Shown: one piece after another, positions 41,855 through 52,322 of the stretch
Numbering within the stretch: the first letter of the stretch is position 1
Layout of the letters: each line of letters starts with the position of its first letter
Origin: Hyalangium minutum
Lineage (GTDB): Bacteria; Myxococcota; Myxococcia; Myxococcales; Myxococcaceae
Direction of reading: 5' to 3'
Assembly: GCF_000737315.1 (NCBI RefSeq)
Contig: NZ_JMCB01000008.1
Coordinates: 20,001 to 268,000 of the forward strand
Length of the DNA stretch: 248,000 nucleotides
Notes under the pieces: model-generated
Told to the model about the DNA's origin: nothing
What the model saw: the letters and a program-made list of their open reading frames with translations, nothing else
Databases searched by the model: none
Program-made: the position numbers and the translations under genes

Positions 41855-42901
41855 CTACCGCCGGCGCCGGGCCAGCGTCAGCAGCGCGGGGCCGATCTCC
41901 CCCAGCGGCAGCACCCGCTTCACCACTCCGGTGGAGATGGCCTCCTGGGGCATGCCGAAGACGACGGCCGTCTCCTCGGACTCGGCCCAGACCTCGCCGC
42001 CCACGTGGTGCACGTCCTTTGCCCCCGCCGCCCCGTCCGAGCCCATGCCCGTGAGCACCACCGCCAGGGACTTGTGCCCCAGCGCCTTGGACACGCTGGT
42101 GAAGAGCCGGTCCACCGACGGCACGTACCGGTCCTTCGCGGCGACCTCGGGCGTCTTCAGCACCAGGTGACCGGCCTGCTCCACCAGCAGCATGTGGCGC
42201 CCGCCCGGAGCGATGAAGACGTGGCCAGGGGCCAGACGGTCTCCCTCCTTCGCCTCCGAGACGTGGAACGGGCCAATGCTGTCCAGCCGGTCCGCGAACG
42301 CCTTGGTGAACTGGGAGGGCATGTGCTGGCAGACCAGCACGCAGAAGGTGGGCTCGGCCGCGAGCGCCTCCAGGAGCCGCTGCACCGCCGGAGGCCCACC
42401 CGTGGACGCGCCCACGGCCACGATGAAGGGGGGCGCCTCGATGGGCTCGCGCTCCCGAGGCAGCCGCGTGGGAAGCCGCCTCGCCCCACCCCCCCGGCGC
42501 ACCAGCCGCGCCGCGCGGACCTTCTCCAGCAGCTCCGTGCGCAGTTCCTCGAGCGCCTGCGGCGTCGGCTTGGCCGGCCGGGCGATGAAGTCGAAGGCCC
42601 CCAGTTCCAGCGCCTTGAAGACGTCCGCCTTGTGGGTATGGCTGGAGATGACGATGGCCGGCGTGGGAGCGGCGCTCCGCAGCAGCCGCAGGAAGGTGTA
42701 CCCGCCCATGCGGGGCATCTCCAGGTCCACCGTCACCACGTCGGGGCGCAGGTCCACCACCTTGCGCAGCCCCTCCTCACCGTCCAGCGCCCAGTCCAGC
42801 ACCTGGACATCCGGCTCGGACTCCAGCAGCTGCTTGATGGTCCTCCGGTTGTGCGCCGAATCGTCGATGACGAGCACCGTGGTGGGAGGGCGCGTCGTCA
42901 T
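41855..42901 (-). CDS. cheB: Chemotaxis methylesterase CheB
   Basis: REC domain plus ASTGGP, QHMP, LTGMG.DG. Confidence 0.92.
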   Translation of the reverse strand: MTTRPPTTVLVIDDSAHNRRTIKQLLESEPDVQVLDWALDGEEGLRKVVDLRPDVVTVDLEMPRMGGYTFLRLLRSAAPTPAIVISSHTHKADVFKALELGAFDFIARPAKPTPQALEELRTELLEKVRAARLVRRGGGARRLPTRLPREREPIEAPPFIVAVGASTGGPPAVQRLLEALAAEPTFCVLVCQHMPSQFTKAFADRLDSIGPFHVSEAKEGDRLAPGHVFIAPGGRHMLLVEQAGHLVLKTPEVAAKDRYVPSVDRLFTSVSKALGHKSLAVVLTGMGSDGAAGAKDVHHVGGEVWAESEETAVVFGMPQEAISTGVVKRVLPLGEIGPALLTLARRRR

Positions 42902-43788
42902 AGCGTGCCCCTCGGGAGCAGCGGGGGCTTGCGGTACGCCAGGTCGCCTTGCAGGTGCACCAGCTCGAAGTCCGCGCCCAGGTTGAGCAGGTTCTCCGAG
43001 TGGCCCAGCAGCAGATAGCCCCCAGGCACGAGCCGGTCATGGAAGACCTGAAGCACGCGGCGCCGTGCCGGAAGATCGAAGTAGATCATCACGTTGCGGC
43101 AGAACACGGCGTCCACCTTCGGCATCTGGCGGCAGGCCTCCTCGTCCAGCAAGTTGAGCTGCTCGAAGGTCACCCAGGAGCGCACGTCGTCCTTCACCCG
43201 GACCTTGTTGGCCCCGAGCGGGAGGAAGAAGCGCGCCACGTGCTCGGGCGAGGTGGCTCGCAGCGAGGACGGGCCGTACTCGCCCCGGCGGGCCGTGGTC
43301 AGCACCCGGCGGGAGATGTCCGTGCCGTAGACGAGGACATCCCAGCCCTCGAAGCGGCGGCTCTGCTGCAGGAGCATCGCGATGGTGAAGGCCTCCTCTC
43401 CCGTGGAGCAGCCGGCGGACCAGATGCGCAGCCGCTTGAGGGCGCCGTTGCGCTGCTGGAGCGCGGGCAGCAGCTCATCGGTGAAGGCCTGGAGCTGGCC
43501 GGGCTCGCGGAAGAAGTAGGTCTCATGGGTCGTCAGCGCCTCGACGGCGGCCTCCAGCTCCACGCGGCGCTGGGCGTCATAGCGCAGGTAGCGGTGGTAG
43601 CCGGCGAAGTCCCGCAAGCCCAGCGCCTCCAGCCGGGGCCACAGGCGCCGCTCCATGACGAACTTCATGTCCTCGCGCACGAGGATGCCGCAATGGGAGT
43701 AGACATGGTCGCGGAGGAGTCTGAACTCCTCTGCGCTCATCTCCGGCCGGCCTTCTTCGTCGAAGCGTGACCCCACCTGAGCCCCCAT
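42898..43788 (-). CDS. cheR: Chemotaxis methyltransferase CheR
   Basis: TTHETYFFRE, WSAGCSTGEE, CRNVMIYF. Confidence 0.92.
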   Translation of the reverse strand: MGAQVGSRFDEEGRPEMSAEEFRLLRDHVYSHCGILVREDMKFVMERRLWPRLEALGLRDFAGYHRYLRYDAQRRVELEAAVEALTTHETYFFREPGQLQAFTDELLPALQQRNGALKRLRIWSAGCSTGEEAFTIAMLLQQSRRFEGWDVLVYGTDISRRVLTTARRGEYGPSSLRATSPEHVARFFLPLGANKVRVKDDVRSWVTFEQLNLLDEEACRQMPKVDAVFCRNVMIYFDLPARRRVLQVFHDRLVPGGYLLLGHSENLLNLGADFELVHLQGDLAYRKPPLLPRGTL

Positions 43789-43791
43789 CTC

Positions 43792-45768
43792 TCATCGCCT
43801 CGAGAGGCGCTCCACCGCATCCGTGAGCGCCCGCCGTGCCAGCGCGTCCTGCTCCACCGCCAACGCCGATCGCACAGCCTCTAGACTGTCGCGTCCTCCC
43901 GAATCTCCCAGCACCCGAGCCGCCGTGGCGCGCACGTCCCAGCCGGGGTGCTGCAACAGCTCCACCGCCAGCGCCACACCCTCGGCCGACACCGCTCCGG
44001 CCTGGAGCGCGGCCTTCACCACCTCCGCGTCCGCGTGGCGCGTGGCCTCTCGGAGCACCTGCGGCCGCACGGAGCCAATGCGCCCCAGCGCGCGCACCGC
44101 CCGTCCCGCCAGCGCACCGTCTGGGTGGCTCACCAGCGCCTCGAGCTCGGGCATCCGGTCAGAGGCGCCACACTCGCCCAGCGCCTCCACGGCGGCGAGC
44201 TGCACGGCGATGTCCTCGTCCTGCAGCGCAGGCTTGAGCAGCGCGCCCGCGGAGGGATCTCCTACCCTCCCCACCGCCCGGGCCCCTGCCGCACGCACCG
44301 GCGCCGCCTCGTCCTGCAGCGCCGAGCGGGCCAGCTCCAGCCCCACCGCGGGATCCACGTCCATCGCGGCTCCCAGGGCCGCCGCGCGCAGCAGCGGATC
44401 CGAGGCCCGCGCCAGCTTGCGGAACGTCGGCAGCGCGGCAGTGCCTCCCGCGTGGGCGTACGCGGCCAGTGCGGCCGGAGAGGGCCGCTTCTCGACCACT
44501 TCCTCCAGCGCCGCGAGCACGGCCTCCCGGCAGCCACCGGAGAGAACCCCCAGCGCCCGGACCGCCGCGCCTGCCAGGGCCGGCTCTTCGAGCAACGCCA
44601 CCAGAGGCGCCACCGCATCCGGCGACTGGGTCCGCCCCAGCGCCTTCACGGCCACGGCGCGAAGATCGTCCTCGGCCCACTCCAGCAGCGCGCTCAGCGC
44701 CGGGACATAGGACGGATCCACCATCTCCAGCATCGCCTGGGCGGCGGCTGCACGCGCGGGCAGGGACAGCTCCGCCATGCGCCCGAGCAGCTCACGCCCC
44801 GCCTCGGAGCCGAGCCGGGACAGCGTGCGAATCACTTCGCGCAGCAGCCGATCTTCCCGTGCCGCCTCCGCCACCGCGATGGCGAGCGAAGGCTCCCGCA
44901 GGGCCCCGGCCGCCACGAGCGCTCCGGCCCGAACAGGCATGTCCTCGTTCTCGAAGGCGCGGGTGACGAACTCCACGGCCTCGGGCACGCGCTTGAGGGC
45001 GGCACGCGTCTGGGCGTCAATCTCCGCGCGCAGGGTGCCGTCCGCCACGCTGGCCTGGCTGCCCAGGGCGCCCAGCGCGGCCTCGCGGATGGAGCGGACC
45101 TCCGAGCCCAGCCCCCGGCTGATGAGCTCCGTGGCGGCCACCTGGGGAATGAGCCCCATGACGCGGTAGGCGCTGCGGCGCAGCAGCGGATCACTCAGCA
45201 GGGGAACCACCACGGGCAGCGGCGGCGGCCACTGAAGCTGCGAGAGCGCCTCCAGCACGGCCAGCCGCAGCAGCGTCTCGGGCTCCTTGAGCAAGCCCTC
45301 CAGGGCGCGCGCCCCGGCATCCGAGCCCAGCCGCCCCAGCGCCTCCACGGCGGAGACGCGGACGTTGAGATCCGAGTCCGCCAGCGCGCCAATCAGCGCG
45401 CTCTCCGACGCGCGCCGCCCCAGCTGCCCGAGGATGTCCGCGGCGAACTTCCGCTGATCGGGATCCTCATGGGTCAGCAGCCGGATGAGCGGCGCCACCG
45501 ACACATCCCCGAGCCCCACGAGGGCCTCGGCGGCGGCGTTGCGAGCCCCCGTCTCACCGCGCTCGCCCAGGACGGCGACGAGCCGCTGAGCCACCTGCGT
45601 GAGGGAGGGCAGCCGCCGCAGGGCCTCGGACGCAGCCCGGCGCACGCGCCAGCTCTCGTCGTGGAGGCCCTGAATGAGCGCATCGAGCGCGGTAGGGCTC
45701 GCGGGGTCCACCGCGAGCACCGCCTGGTAACGCTCCTCCTCGGGCTGGGGAGCGAGCACGTGGGTCAC
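43792..45768 (-). CDS. HEAT-repeat protein in che cluster
   Basis: Repeated VR..AA.ALG helices. Confidence 0.8.
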   Translation of the reverse strand: MTHVLAPQPEEERYQAVLAVDPASPTALDALIQGLHDESWRVRRAASEALRRLPSLTQVAQRLVAVLGERGETGARNAAAEALVGLGDVSVAPLIRLLTHEDPDQRKFAADILGQLGRRASESALIGALADSDLNVRVSAVEALGRLGSDAGARALEGLLKEPETLLRLAVLEALSQLQWPPPLPVVVPLLSDPLLRRSAYRVMGLIPQVAATELISRGLGSEVRSIREAALGALGSQASVADGTLRAEIDAQTRAALKRVPEAVEFVTRAFENEDMPVRAGALVAAGALREPSLAIAVAEAAREDRLLREVIRTLSRLGSEAGRELLGRMAELSLPARAAAAQAMLEMVDPSYVPALSALLEWAEDDLRAVAVKALGRTQSPDAVAPLVALLEEPALAGAAVRALGVLSGGCREAVLAALEEVVEKRPSPAALAAYAHAGGTAALPTFRKLARASDPLLRAAALGAAMDVDPAVGLELARSALQDEAAPVRAAGARAVGRVGDPSAGALLKPALQDEDIAVQLAAVEALGECGASDRMPELEALVSHPDGALAGRAVRALGRIGSVRPQVLREATRHADAEVVKAALQAGAVSAEGVALAVELLQHPGWDVRATAARVLGDSGGRDSLEAVRSALAVEQDALARRALTDAVERLSRR

Positions 45769-46286
45769 GCCTCGCCTCCCATCCGCTTCGCCTCCCGCTC
45801 CACCTCCGAGCGCAGCAGCACCTTGATGTCCAGCAGCAGCCGCGGGCGCTCCACCGTCCCGCACACGCCCACCACGAACGGCGTACGGCCCGGCGACAGC
45901 AGCGCCGGCGCAGGCTTGATCTCACTGCGGCGCACCCGCATGACCTCCGTGACCCGATCCACCCTGAGCGCCAACCTCCTCCGGCCTACCAGGCATACCA
46001 GCAACCGGGTCTTCTGGGAGGCCGGAGCCTCCACGGTGTTCAACCGCTGGCGCAGATCCACCACCGGCAGCAGGGCCCCGCGCAGGTGCAGCATGCCCTC
46101 GACGAACGAGGGCGCTCGCGGCACGGGGATGACACGCTGAGGTGGGAGGATCTCTTCCACGCGCATGATGTCGACAACGTACTCCTCACGGCCCACGGAG
46201 AAGCAGCACAGCTGCACGAGCGGGTCACGGGGCGCCGAGTCCTCGGGGCGGGGGCGGCGCGTGGTCAGGGTCACCGGCTCTCTCAT
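45765..46286 (-). CDS. cheW: CheW
   Basis: VPRAPSFVEGMLHLRGALLPVVDL. Confidence 0.85.
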   Translation of the reverse strand: MREPVTLTTRRPRPEDSAPRDPLVQLCCFSVGREEYVVDIMRVEEILPPQRVIPVPRAPSFVEGMLHLRGALLPVVDLRQRLNTVEAPASQKTRLLVCLVGRRRLALRVDRVTEVMRVRRSEIKPAPALLSPGRTPFVVGVCGTVERPRLLLDIKVLLRSEVEREAKRMGGEA

Positions 46287-46843
46287 GCGAGCGCCTGCTG
46301 AATGTCGAGGAGAATGTAGAGCTGCGAGTTGCGGCGGCCGATGCCCACCACACAGTCGCGCTCGCCGCCGAGCCCCTGCGGGGCCGGCTCCAGCATGGAG
46401 GGCTTGAGGCGGACCACGTCCCGGACCGAGTCCACCCACACACCCGCGGGGCCCTCCTCCGTATGGGCCACGAGGATGCGGGCCTGGCGCGGAGGCGGCG
46501 GCGCATCGGGGCCCGCCACCACGGAGGCCGTGTCGGTCAACCTCAGCCGCATCTTCAAGTCATACACGGGGATGACATCCCCCCGCAGGTTCATCACGCC
46601 CAGCAGCCCGGCCTCCGCTCGAGGAATCTCCGTCAACGGGGGCACCTTGCCGATCTCCCGGATGGAGGTGATGGGGACAGCGTAGCACTCGTCCTCCAGG
46701 ACGAAGGCCAGGTACTCCTCGGGCGTCTCCTCGGGGATGAGGGGCTGAAGCTCGTCGCTGCCCGCAGCGAACTCCAACAGGCCCCCGACGTCCTCGTCCG
46801 GCCGGTAGAAGAAGTCATCGAGCAGTGCGGAGAAGCGCGACAC
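46283..46843 (-). CDS. cheW: CheW
   Basis: IPRAEAGLLGVMNLRGDVIPVYDL. Confidence 0.85.
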   Translation of the reverse strand: MSRFSALLDDFFYRPDEDVGGLLEFAAGSDELQPLIPEETPEEYLAFVLEDECYAVPITSIREIGKVPPLTEIPRAEAGLLGVMNLRGDVIPVYDLKMRLRLTDTASVVAGPDAPPPPRQARILVAHTEEGPAGVWVDSVRDVVRLKPSMLEPAPQGLGGERDCVVGIGRRNSQLYILLDIQQALA

Positions 46844-46879
46844 GGGCAGAGAAGAATAGCAGCCCCGGGGCCCCTTGCG

Positions 46880-49219
46880 TCACGCCCAGCGACGCTCGGG
46901 CCCCATTCCATCTTCAAGCAGTGCCGCGACATCCAGAACGAGCACGGTTCTCCGGTTTCCCAGATCCGTCGCGCCTGAGATGCCTCGCACGGACTGGAGC
47001 CGGCCGCCCAGCGGCTTGGTGACGATGTCCTGCTGGCCGAAGAGCTCGTCCACGGCGATGCCCATGCGCTCCTGCGCCAAGCCCACCACCACCACGAAGT
47101 GGCGGCCGGTGTTGCGCTCGGGGAGCTTGAAGAGACGGGCCAGCCGGGTGAACGGCAGCGTCTGTCCGCGCAAGTCCAGCACCTCGCGCCGCTCCACGGT
47201 GCGGATGTCCTTGGGCTGCACGGAGAGGATCTCCAGCACGCTGTTGAGCGGCACCGCGTAGGTCCGCCCACTCACCCCCACCACCAGGGCGCGGATGATG
47301 GCCAGCGTAAGCGGGAGGGTGAGCTGGAAGGCCGTCCCCCGCCCGCGCTCGCTCCACACGTCGATGAGGCCCGACAGGTTGCTGATGTTGTTCTTCACCA
47401 CGTCCAGGCCCACACCGCGGCCGGACAGCTCGGACACGTTGCGAGCGGTGGAGAAGCCCGGCAGGAAGATGAGGTTGAGCAGCTCCCGCCGGGTCATCTC
47501 GTGGGCCTGGGCCTCGGTGATGAGCCCCTTCTGAATGGCCACCTCGCGGACGCGCAGCTCGTCGATGCCGGAGCCGTCGTCGCTCACCTCGATGACGACG
47601 TGGTTGCCCTTCTGCTCGGCCCTCAGCGACACGGTGGCGCGGCGCGACTTGCCCGCGGCCACCCGGGCCTCCGGGGGCTCCACGCCGTGATCGATGGCGT
47701 TGCGGATGATGTGCATCAGCGGATCGCTCAGCTCCTCGACGATGAGCTTGTCCAGCTCCACCTCACCGCCGCTGCTCAGGAAGTCGATCTCCTTGCCGGC
47801 CTCGCGGGCGATGCGGCGCACCAGCCGGGCCAGCTTGTCGAAGACCTGGCCCACCGGGACCATGCGCGCCTCGAGCAACCCGCCCTGGAGCGCGTCCAGC
47901 TTGCGCTCGAGCTGCCGCGTCTCGCGCGCCAGCTCCGTCACCCAGGCCTTGGAGAGCACCAGCGTGCCCTCCTGCCGCGCCGTCTCCGCCATGCGCTGGA
48001 GGTTGGCCTTGATGAGCAGCAGCTCGCCCACCGTGTTCATCAGCCCGTCCAGGCGGCGGATGTCCACGCGCACCGTCTGAGTCAGCGAGCGCAGCGAGGT
48101 GTCCGGGTCGATCTTCGGCCCCCGGGAGATCGGTTCACCCGTAGCGCCATCGACGACCTCGGTGATGCCCAGGTCGGCCACCGGGGGCGGCGTCATCAAC
48201 GGCGGAGGGAGCTCGTCATCCGGCACCGGGGGCGGAGGCAGCACAGCACCCGCCCCCTTGGCCGGCTTCGCGCCCGAGCGTCCCTTGGCCAGGGCCTTGG
48301 ACTCCTCGGCGGGAGTCGGCGCGGGGGTGACCACCTTCGCCGGAGCAGTGGGAGTCGGCGGCGGAGTCGCAACGCTCTTGGTGGGAAGCGGAGCTTCGGG
48401 GGAGCGGGCCACCACTGTCGTCCGGGGAGGCTCGCGGGGGGCCGGAGGCGCCGAGCGTCCCGGAACCGGGGCACGCACCCCGAGCTGGGAGAGCTGCGCA
48501 GGGGTGCCATCGAGCGCCTCGGACAGCTCGGGGCCGGACACCTTCGAGCCGAAGATGAGATCGAACGCGATGCCACTGGCGCTGCTGGGCTGGGCCGAGG
48601 GCAGCGTGCTGATGATCTCGCCCACGGGCTTGAGGCGGGAGTTCAGCTCGGCCAGGCCCTTGTCGAAGTCGGACAAGTCAAAGTCGGCGCGCACGCGCCA
48701 CAGCGCCACGCCCCGGCGGACGTTCTCCCGCAGCCGGTGCTCCTCGTACTCGGTGAAGACGGCGCGCACCTGGGAGTCCAGGTCCAGGCGGTCGAGCGGA
48801 TCCTCCTCGCCCGGAGCCGAGGGCTCGCCCAGGTGGGAGAAGCGCTCGATGAGCCCCTCCACCCGCGAGGACTGCGAGGACGAGGTCTCCCCGCGCGAAG
48901 CATCCACGAGCAGGGACTGGAGCACGTCCAGGGCCTCGACGAGCGAGTCCAGGGTGGTGTCGTCCAGGACGAGCTTGCCCAGCCGGAGCCGGTCCAGCAG
49001 GTCCTCCATGCCGTGGGCGAGCCGGGCGATGCGGTCCTGGCCGAACAGCCCCGCGAGCCCCTTGAGCGAGTGGGCGGCGCGGAAGATGCCGTTGATGAGA
49101 TCGGGGTCGACCTCCTGCCCCCGGCGCTCGTCGAGCGTGAGCAGGTCCTTGTTGAGCGTGTCGAGGATCTCCGTCGCCTCGGCGACGAACTCGGCCAGCG
49201 CTTTGCCTCCCTGGTTCAC
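46880..49219 (-). CDS. cheA: Chemotaxis histidine kinase CheA
   Basis: FRAAHSLKG Hpt, HIIRNAIDHG, GRGVGLDVV. Confidence 0.95.
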   Translation of the reverse strand: MNQGGKALAEFVAEATEILDTLNKDLLTLDERRGQEVDPDLINGIFRAAHSLKGLAGLFGQDRIARLAHGMEDLLDRLRLGKLVLDDTTLDSLVEALDVLQSLLVDASRGETSSSQSSRVEGLIERFSHLGEPSAPGEEDPLDRLDLDSQVRAVFTEYEEHRLRENVRRGVALWRVRADFDLSDFDKGLAELNSRLKPVGEIISTLPSAQPSSASGIAFDLIFGSKVSGPELSEALDGTPAQLSQLGVRAPVPGRSAPPAPREPPRTTVVARSPEAPLPTKSVATPPPTPTAPAKVVTPAPTPAEESKALAKGRSGAKPAKGAGAVLPPPPVPDDELPPPLMTPPPVADLGITEVVDGATGEPISRGPKIDPDTSLRSLTQTVRVDIRRLDGLMNTVGELLLIKANLQRMAETARQEGTLVLSKAWVTELARETRQLERKLDALQGGLLEARMVPVGQVFDKLARLVRRIAREAGKEIDFLSSGGEVELDKLIVEELSDPLMHIIRNAIDHGVEPPEARVAAGKSRRATVSLRAEQKGNHVVIEVSDDGSGIDELRVREVAIQKGLITEAQAHEMTRRELLNLIFLPGFSTARNVSELSGRGVGLDVVKNNISNLSGLIDVWSERGRGTAFQLTLPLTLAIIRALVVGVSGRTYAVPLNSVLEILSVQPKDIRTVERREVLDLRGQTLPFTRLARLFKLPERNTGRHFVVVVGLAQERMGIAVDELFGQQDIVTKPLGGRLQSVRGISGATDLGNRRTVLVLDVAALLEDGMGPERRWA

Positions 49220-49238
49220 GGCGGCGGGGCTCTCCGGC

Positions 49239-49613
49239 TCAGGCCAGCTTCAGGTAGCGCCGCAGCAGCGCGGTCAGATCATCCGGCTTGAACGGCTTGA
49301 CCAGGTACTCGGCGGCCCCGAGCGCCATGCCGCGATCCCGATCCTGCTCACGCCCCTCGGTGGTGATGATGAACAGGGGGGTGTCGCGGTAGTTCGGGTT
49401 CTTCTTGACGAAGTTGATCAGCTCCAGCCCGTTGATGTCGGGCATGTTGATGTCGGTGATGATCAGATCGAAGCGGTGACGCGGCAGCAGCTTGAGGGCC
49501 TCGAAGCCGCTGGCGGTGGTGAAGGCCTCGACTCCGGAGACGGACTCTACCGTGGCGGCGATGAACTCGCGCGACGCCTTGGAGTCCTCCACGATCAAGA
49601 CCTTGAGTCCCAT
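49239..49613 (-). CDS. CheY-like response regulator
   Basis: VEDS, DINMP, YLVKPF. Confidence 0.9.
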   Translation of the reverse strand: MGLKVLIVEDSKASREFIAATVESVSGVEAFTTASGFEALKLLPRHRFDLIITDINMPDINGLELINFVKKNPNYRDTPLFIITTEGREQDRDRGMALGAAEYLVKPFKPDDLTALLRRYLKLA

Positions 49614-49673
49614 GTGGCCGGAAATGTTAGCAGAACCTCGACAGTGAGGTGATTCTTTGGCCGGACCTACCCG

Positions 49674-50162
49674 TCAGGACTTCTTCACGGGAAGGAGCTT
49701 CGCCAGAGACTTATCGGCCAGCACGGTAACGCGCTTCCCCTTGAAGCCCGGGAGGAAGTGCTGCTGGAGGGCCTCGGCCTGGGCGGCCTCGTCCACCTTG
49801 CCCCCGAAGGGAAGCTCCAGGGCCACGGACTCGACATTTGCCTTGGCGAGCACCTGGGCTGCATTGGCCAGGACCCGGCGCAGGGTGGCGGTGTCCAGGT
49901 TCTTCCGGGTGCCCAGGCCCACCGCGAAGATGCGGCCCATGGGCATCCGCCCGTCCGTGGGCAGCAGGAGCCAGTCTTCCTTCACGCCAGTGAAGAAGCC
50001 GCCCTTGAGCACCCGGGACAGGGAGCCGCACAGCCGCCAATCCACGTAGCCGGCGGTGCCGGGCAGGGGCCGGTCATCCTCGGCCACGAAGAGGCAGAGG
50101 GCGTCCACCCCGGTCAGGGCATCCAGGCCTTCGAGGCCGATCTCGTAGGTGGAGACGCTCAC
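49674..50162 (-). CDS. Stand-alone peptidase M17 N-terminal-like domain protein
   Basis: RPLPGTAGYVDWRLCGSLSR...IFAVGLG. Confidence 0.55.
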   Translation of the reverse strand: MSVSTYEIGLEGLDALTGVDALCLFVAEDDRPLPGTAGYVDWRLCGSLSRVLKGGFFTGVKEDWLLLPTDGRMPMGRIFAVGLGTRKNLDTATLRRVLANAAQVLAKANVESVALELPFGGKVDEAAQAEALQQHFLPGFKGKRVTVLADKSLAKLLPVKKS

Positions 50163-50584
50163 GGCTTTCCGAGGGACACCGCGACGCGGTCGAGCAGGCC
50201 GTTGACGAAGGCGCTGGACTCCTCCGTGCCGAAGTTCTTGCCCAGCTCCACGGCCTCGTTGATGGAGACCTTCTTGGGAATGTCCGGGCGGTACTTCAGC
50301 TCGAAGACGCCCAGGCGCAGCACGTTCCGGTCGATGCGGGACATGCGGTCCAGCCGCCAGTTGTGGCTGTGCTTCTCGATGAGCTCGTCAATCTCCTTCT
50401 GGTTCGCCCGGACGCCCTCGACGAGCTCCTGGGCGAACTTGACGGCGTCGGGGTCCGGCTTGCCCTCCTCGGTGGAGGCGGACCACGCGGACGCGAGCGC
50501 CTCGTAGGAGGAGAGGTTGTCGGCCATGTCCAACTGGTAGAGCGCCTGCAGCGCGCGCTCGCGGCCGGTTCTGCGAGCCCCCAT
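50159..50584 (-). CDS. nusB: Transcription antitermination factor NusB
   Basis: RERALQALYQ, IDRNVLR, INEAVELGK. Confidence 0.95.
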   Translation of the reverse strand: MGARRTGRERALQALYQLDMADNLSSYEALASAWSASTEEGKPDPDAVKFAQELVEGVRANQKEIDELIEKHSHNWRLDRMSRIDRNVLRLGVFELKYRPDIPKKVSINEAVELGKNFGTEESSAFVNGLLDRVAVSLGKP

Positions 50585-50587
50585 GAG

Positions 50588-51085
50588 CTAGCCCCTCTTT
50601 CCTTCCGCCATCTTCGCGTAGAGGTTCACCATCTCCAGGCAGGCCATGGCGGCCTCGGCGCCCTTGTTGCCCGCCTTCACGCCAGCCCGATCGATGGCCT
50701 GCTCCACTGTGTCCGTCGTCAGCACGCCGAAGGTGACGGAGACCGGCTTCTGCAGGGCCGCGCCGGAGAAGGCCACCGAGCCGATACCCTTGGAGCACTC
50801 GCCCGCCACATAGTCGAAGTGGGGGGTGCCGCCGCGGATGACGGCGCCCAGGGTGACGACGCCCACGTAGCTCTGAGTCTCCGTAACACGGCGCGTCAAA
50901 CCGGGCAGCTCATAGGTACCGGGGCAGCGGTAGACGTCGATGTCCGAGTCCGCCACGCCATGGCGCACGAGCGAGTCCACGGCGCCCTTCACCAGCTCCT
51001 CGGTGATGAACGCGTTGAAGCGGGCCACGCAGATGGCAAAGCGGCCCTTGGGAGGCAGGAAATCACCTTCGATGTAGCGAGGCAT
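50588..51085 (-). CDS. ribH: Lumazine synthase
   Basis: RFN, PGTYE, GAVIRGGTPHFDY. Confidence 0.95.
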   Translation of the reverse strand: MPRYIEGDFLPPKGRFAICVARFNAFITEELVKGAVDSLVRHGVADSDIDVYRCPGTYELPGLTRRVTETQSYVGVVTLGAVIRGGTPHFDYVAGECSKGIGSVAFSGAALQKPVSVTFGVLTTDTVEQAIDRAGVKAGNKGAEAAMACLEMVNLYAKMAEGKRG

Positions 51086-51120
51086 GGAGTGCTTCCTACA
51101 CCAGCGCCGGGCTCACGTCT

Positions 51121-52311
51121 TCACGACTTGTCACGGCGGAGGCGGGGTGTCCGGGCGGCCACCTTCTGCGAGGCCTGGCTGTTGGACAGGGGGATCTGCT
51201 CCACCACCGCCAGGGAGTAGCTCTCCAGACCCACGATCTTCTTGGGGTTGTTGGTGAGCAGACGCAGCCGGGCGAGGCCGAGATCCTTGAGGATCTGCGC
51301 CCCGACGCCGAACTCGCGCAGGCGGGTCTGGTCCGGCTTGCCCTTCACCACTTCCTCATTGGAGATGTGGGTGCACTGGAGCCGGGCCTTCGCCGGGACA
51401 TCCTTCTGAAGGTAGATGATGACGCCGCGGCCTGCGGCCTGGATGTGCTGGATGGCCTGTTCGAGCTGGCTGCCGCACTCGCACTGGCTGCTGCCCAACA
51501 GATCGCCCACCAGACAACCCCGGTGGACGCGGGTGAGCACAGGCTCCTTGCCGCGGATGTCGCCCTTCACCAGGGCCACGTGCACGGCCGAGTCCACGTC
51601 GCTGCCGTAGGTGTAGGCCTGGAAGGTGCCCGCGCCCCGGCGCTCCAGGGTGGAGGAGCCGATGCGCTTCACCAGCCGCTCGCGCTCCAAGCGGTAGCGG
51701 ATGATGTCCGCCACCGAGAGCAGCACCAGCTTGTGCTTCCGGGCGAACTTCACCAGGTCCGGCCTGCGGGCCATGGAGCCGTCGGCGTTCATGATCTCGC
51801 AGATGACGCCGAACGGAGACAGCCCCGCCATGCGCGCGAGGTCCACGCTGCCCTCGGTCTGCCCGGTGCGCACGAGCACGCCGCCATCGCGGGCGCGCAG
51901 GGGGAAGATGTGGCCGGGGCGCACGAGGTCTCCCGGCTTGGCGTTGGGAGCCACGGCGGCCTGGATGGTGCGGGCGCGGTCGGCGGCGGAGATGCCAGTG
52001 GTGACGCCTCGGGCGGCCTCGATGGAGACGGTGAAGGCCGTCTGGAAGGGCGAGGTGTTGTCCTGCACCATCAGCGGCAGGTTCAGCTTGCGGATGCGGT
52101 CCTCGGTGAGGGACAGGCAGATGAGCCCGCGCCCATAGGTGGCCATGAAGTTGATGGCCTCGGGAGTGGCCTTCTCGGCGGCCATGACGAGGTCGCCCTC
52201 GTTCTCGCGGTCCTCGTCATCCGTGAGGATGACCATGCGGCCCTTGCGGATCTCCGCGAGCGCCTTCTCCACCAGCTCGATGACGTTCGACTCCTTCGTC
52301 CCGCGCGCCAT
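51121..52311 (-). CDS. ribB: DHBP synthase fused to degenerate GTP cyclohydrolase II domain
   Basis: [22 protein letters not shown]; C-terminal domain lacks QEGRGIG. Confidence 0.85.
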   Translation of the reverse strand: MARGTKESNVIELVEKALAEIRKGRMVILTDDEDRENEGDLVMAAEKATPEAINFMATYGRGLICLSLTEDRIRKLNLPLMVQDNTSPFQTAFTVSIEAARGVTTGISAADRARTIQAAVAPNAKPGDLVRPGHIFPLRARDGGVLVRTGQTEGSVDLARMAGLSPFGVICEIMNADGSMARRPDLVKFARKHKLVLLSVADIIRYRLERERLVKRIGSSTLERRGAGTFQAYTYGSDVDSAVHVALVKGDIRGKEPVLTRVHRGCLVGDLLGSSQCECGSQLEQAIQHIQAAGRGVIIYLQKDVPAKARLQCTHISNEEVVKGKPDQTRLREFGVGAQILKDLGLARLRLLTNNPKKIVGLESYSLAVVEQIPLSNSQASQKVAARTPRLRRDKS

Positions 52312-52322
52312 GCTTGTGCTCC

